A stretch of 64,000 nucleotides of DNA. It comes from Takakia lepidozioides. Lineage: Eukaryota > Plantae > Bryophyta. The stretch spans positions 60,512,001-60,576,000 of the forward strand of contig CM060732.1 of NCBI GenBank assembly GCA_030704615.1. Reading direction: 5' to 3'. The notes under the pieces are model-generated. The model was not told where the DNA came from, made no database searches, and saw only the letters and a program-made list of their open reading frames with translations. Shown one piece after another: positions 61,509 to 64,000 of the stretch; within the stretch, counting starts at the first letter, position 1; every line of letters begins with the position of its first letter. Made by a program: the position numbers and the translations under genes.

Positions 61509-64000
61509 TCTGCCCGCTCACAGCTTGAATATGTCCGCGCCAAAAAAAACTTCCCGCTTAAAACTTCAAAACTGCTAAAAAGACGCTCCTCGCCTCCCCT
61601 TCCACAAAACCGCAACCTCTTCTGTACAGCCAGCTCCACCAGGCCTACAAACAGCACCAAACCGCAGCAACACTTGCAACAATCAATCGGCTATGGCTGC
61701 CAGGATGCTCGCCTGCAGAGTTCCGGAGGAGAAAAGGAAAGAAGAGGAAGATGCGCGCTGCGTTCGTTGCTATTAACAACCAAACCGTTGAATTCCCTTT
61801 TACACATAATAATTATTTATTTAATTAGCTACAAATAATGTATTACGTTATCGTATCTTATAATTCTCGAATATCCTACAGGAATCATTCTTCTTTCGTA
61901 CAAACTGGTTTTCTGTTGGTCATCTACTATTTAACATTTATTGTATTATTGTATTATTTTATTATTAATTGTTTATAAAAAAGAAAGGAAACCTGGGATT
62001 CTTTTACATTCTGAATATGTAAGAACCATAAATTTAAAAAAAAGAAAAAAAAAGAACCATATATATATATATGTACTTTTTTTAATTACTATTATATGTT
62101 GAAAAGTGATTTGCTTCGTCAGCCGGCCTTCTTGACACGTTAGCGAGGGTCCAGATATAGAATACACACACAGGTGAGAATAGGAGACTAGTTCCCAAAA
62201 ACTCTGTTTCACACTGACAAACTAGCTTGTTGAATGTGAAGCAAGGGAAGGAAAGAGTTGAGGAAAACTTCCTGGCATGCGACATTCCTGTGATTGTGTG
62301 TTGTAAGATATGGTGCCTCAATCACAAGGACTTGAATGAAACGAAATCACAACCATGTAGATTTTCAAAACTTGCAGATTAATCAGTTCTAGAGGTTGCA
62401 ATGCTATTTAGTGCCATCTACAATGCTGTGCCTGACTCCTGCACCTACACAATGATGGAACATACTCAGCAACAATTGACAAGCTTAACACCAGAGGAAC
62501 AGTTGTATTCTGACGTGTCGGGGTGCTATGAGTTCACATCACTGAAACAAGCTTATGTGATGAATACTGTACAAGTGCGAGTCAAGTACTGGAAAGATTG
62601 CTCTACCAGACCATATGATTTGAGTATAAAACCCATCTTTCTAGGTCACTCGACTTTGGATCCTCTGAGAAAGGTCGAAGCTCCTCAGAAATTACTATTT
62701 AGTAATCTACGGCTGACCAAAAATGACTTTGCTGGGACAAATTTTGTATAAGTTTCTACTTCCAGAGGACCAGGGACGACATTCGACATTGATCTCACTA
62801 GAATTCCGCAATGACAACTGCTAAACATTGCTATAACAATTCACTGAACTGCATTAGCTAATCCTTTTGAGACCCTTCCACAAGGTAAGATGTTTACTAG
62901 GAGACAGGATGCAGCTATGCACTCTTCCAAAAACCTGTCATTTTGATGGACTCTTGGTGTAGAGTTTTCCCTATTGGACTCTTTAAAGAAGTTTGCTACA
63001 TCAGGATCTAAGTTGCACTGGCTACTACAGAGATCTAGGCAACACTCTGGGTACTGTTTATCACAATGCTGAAGATGTGACCAAGGGAGTGCAAACTTAG
63101 TAAAGAGAGATAGATAGATGTGCACAGTGAACTAAACCATGCCACCCACATATAGAGAGAAGAGAAAGAGAGAGAAACTTGAGGTAGCTCTTTTGTATAC
63201 CTTGGAACCACTGGCCTCTTGCAAGGTTTTGAAGTTCTTGTAATTCCTTCCATCAGCACATGACAGTTTTTGGCCAAAATATGGATCCAAGCACGTGGTT
63301 TTCCAGTGACAGCACAGGCAAATGAGACCATTGAACTCCTTGAAGTTGATTGGGCAGCAGCATGCATGGCTCATGCACGATGCACCACCAATCCAAGAAT
63401 GCATTCGATCACTATACTTTTCTTGTCATCAGTAGGGAATGTTCTATCAATACAGCATTAAGTCATGGAACGGTTCCTTACCAGATATAGAGAGGGAGTT
63501 AGAGTCAGTAAAGGTTGGGGGCATGGGGAGTATGCACCAGAGAGAGATATACCTTCAAAAGATGGTAGACACAGGCTAGTAGCTGTGTATTGACAGAGAG
63601 ACGGTCCCCAGGCTGGGTGAACTCCTAGACCATGATGAACATGGGGCATTATGACAAGAGGTTGAAGCTTGGGGTATGGAACACCCACACACACATCAAG
63701 TAGGGAGCAGCTCTTCCTTTGAAGTGTCCCCTTGCATCACCTGCCTTCCAGACAACAAACTTCTTTCACTGAACCCCCAGTGCGGTCTTACTCTTATATT
63801 TATATGCTCTATCGTATTGGCCATGTACTCCTCTCTATCACTATCACATGGTGAACTCAGATTGAACATCCAGGAGACCCTCTCTCATCCTATTGTGAAC
63901 ATTATCAGATGTAAAACAAAAAAGGCTATACAACAGCGGCACGTACACAAATAGCAGATGATTGACGTATATAGTGCCTTCAAGACCGCTCCGCACCTCC

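Noticed and set aside
62400-64000. Exon-like ORFs at the window end
   Set aside because: No consistent splice model or recognisable protein; it may belong to a gene extending beyond the window.

Overview
Eukaryotic nuclear DNA from a land plant. The protein style suggests a bryophyte, lycophyte or fern; this is inferred, not determined. It is transposon-rich and gene-poor. Three host genes look intact: an intronless ZCCHC10-like zinc-knuckle gene (22330-23184, -), a PLS-class PPR-DYW organellar RNA-editing factor (25608-28412, -) and a 6-exon NC2-alpha/DRAP1 histone-fold repressor (55598-61508, -). A tandem duplication (13324-19000 / 19130-24290) holds a dead and a live copy of the zinc-knuckle gene plus Helitron-type helicase remnants. 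Other relics include gypsy gag and integrase-chromodomain fragments, LINE 3' ends, GH3 glucosidase and NIF/FCP1 phosphatase pseudogenes, and several MITEs. The most notable region is 31.5-44.5 kb. There a decayed BED-finger hAT transposase lies between oppositely oriented, ~52-bp-phased arrays of a GC-rich palindrome. It is flanked by three copies of an unrecognised gene family; the longest copy reconstructs to an ~830-920 aa protein with a coiled-coil-like region and a canonical RING-H2 finger. Two more decayed RING-H2 genes (2.1 kb, 8.3 kb) lie near a related palindrome, suggesting a DNA-transposon family that carries E3-ligase-like accessory genes. A 1070-bp TTAA-flanked piggyBac-like element is inserted in the same region.
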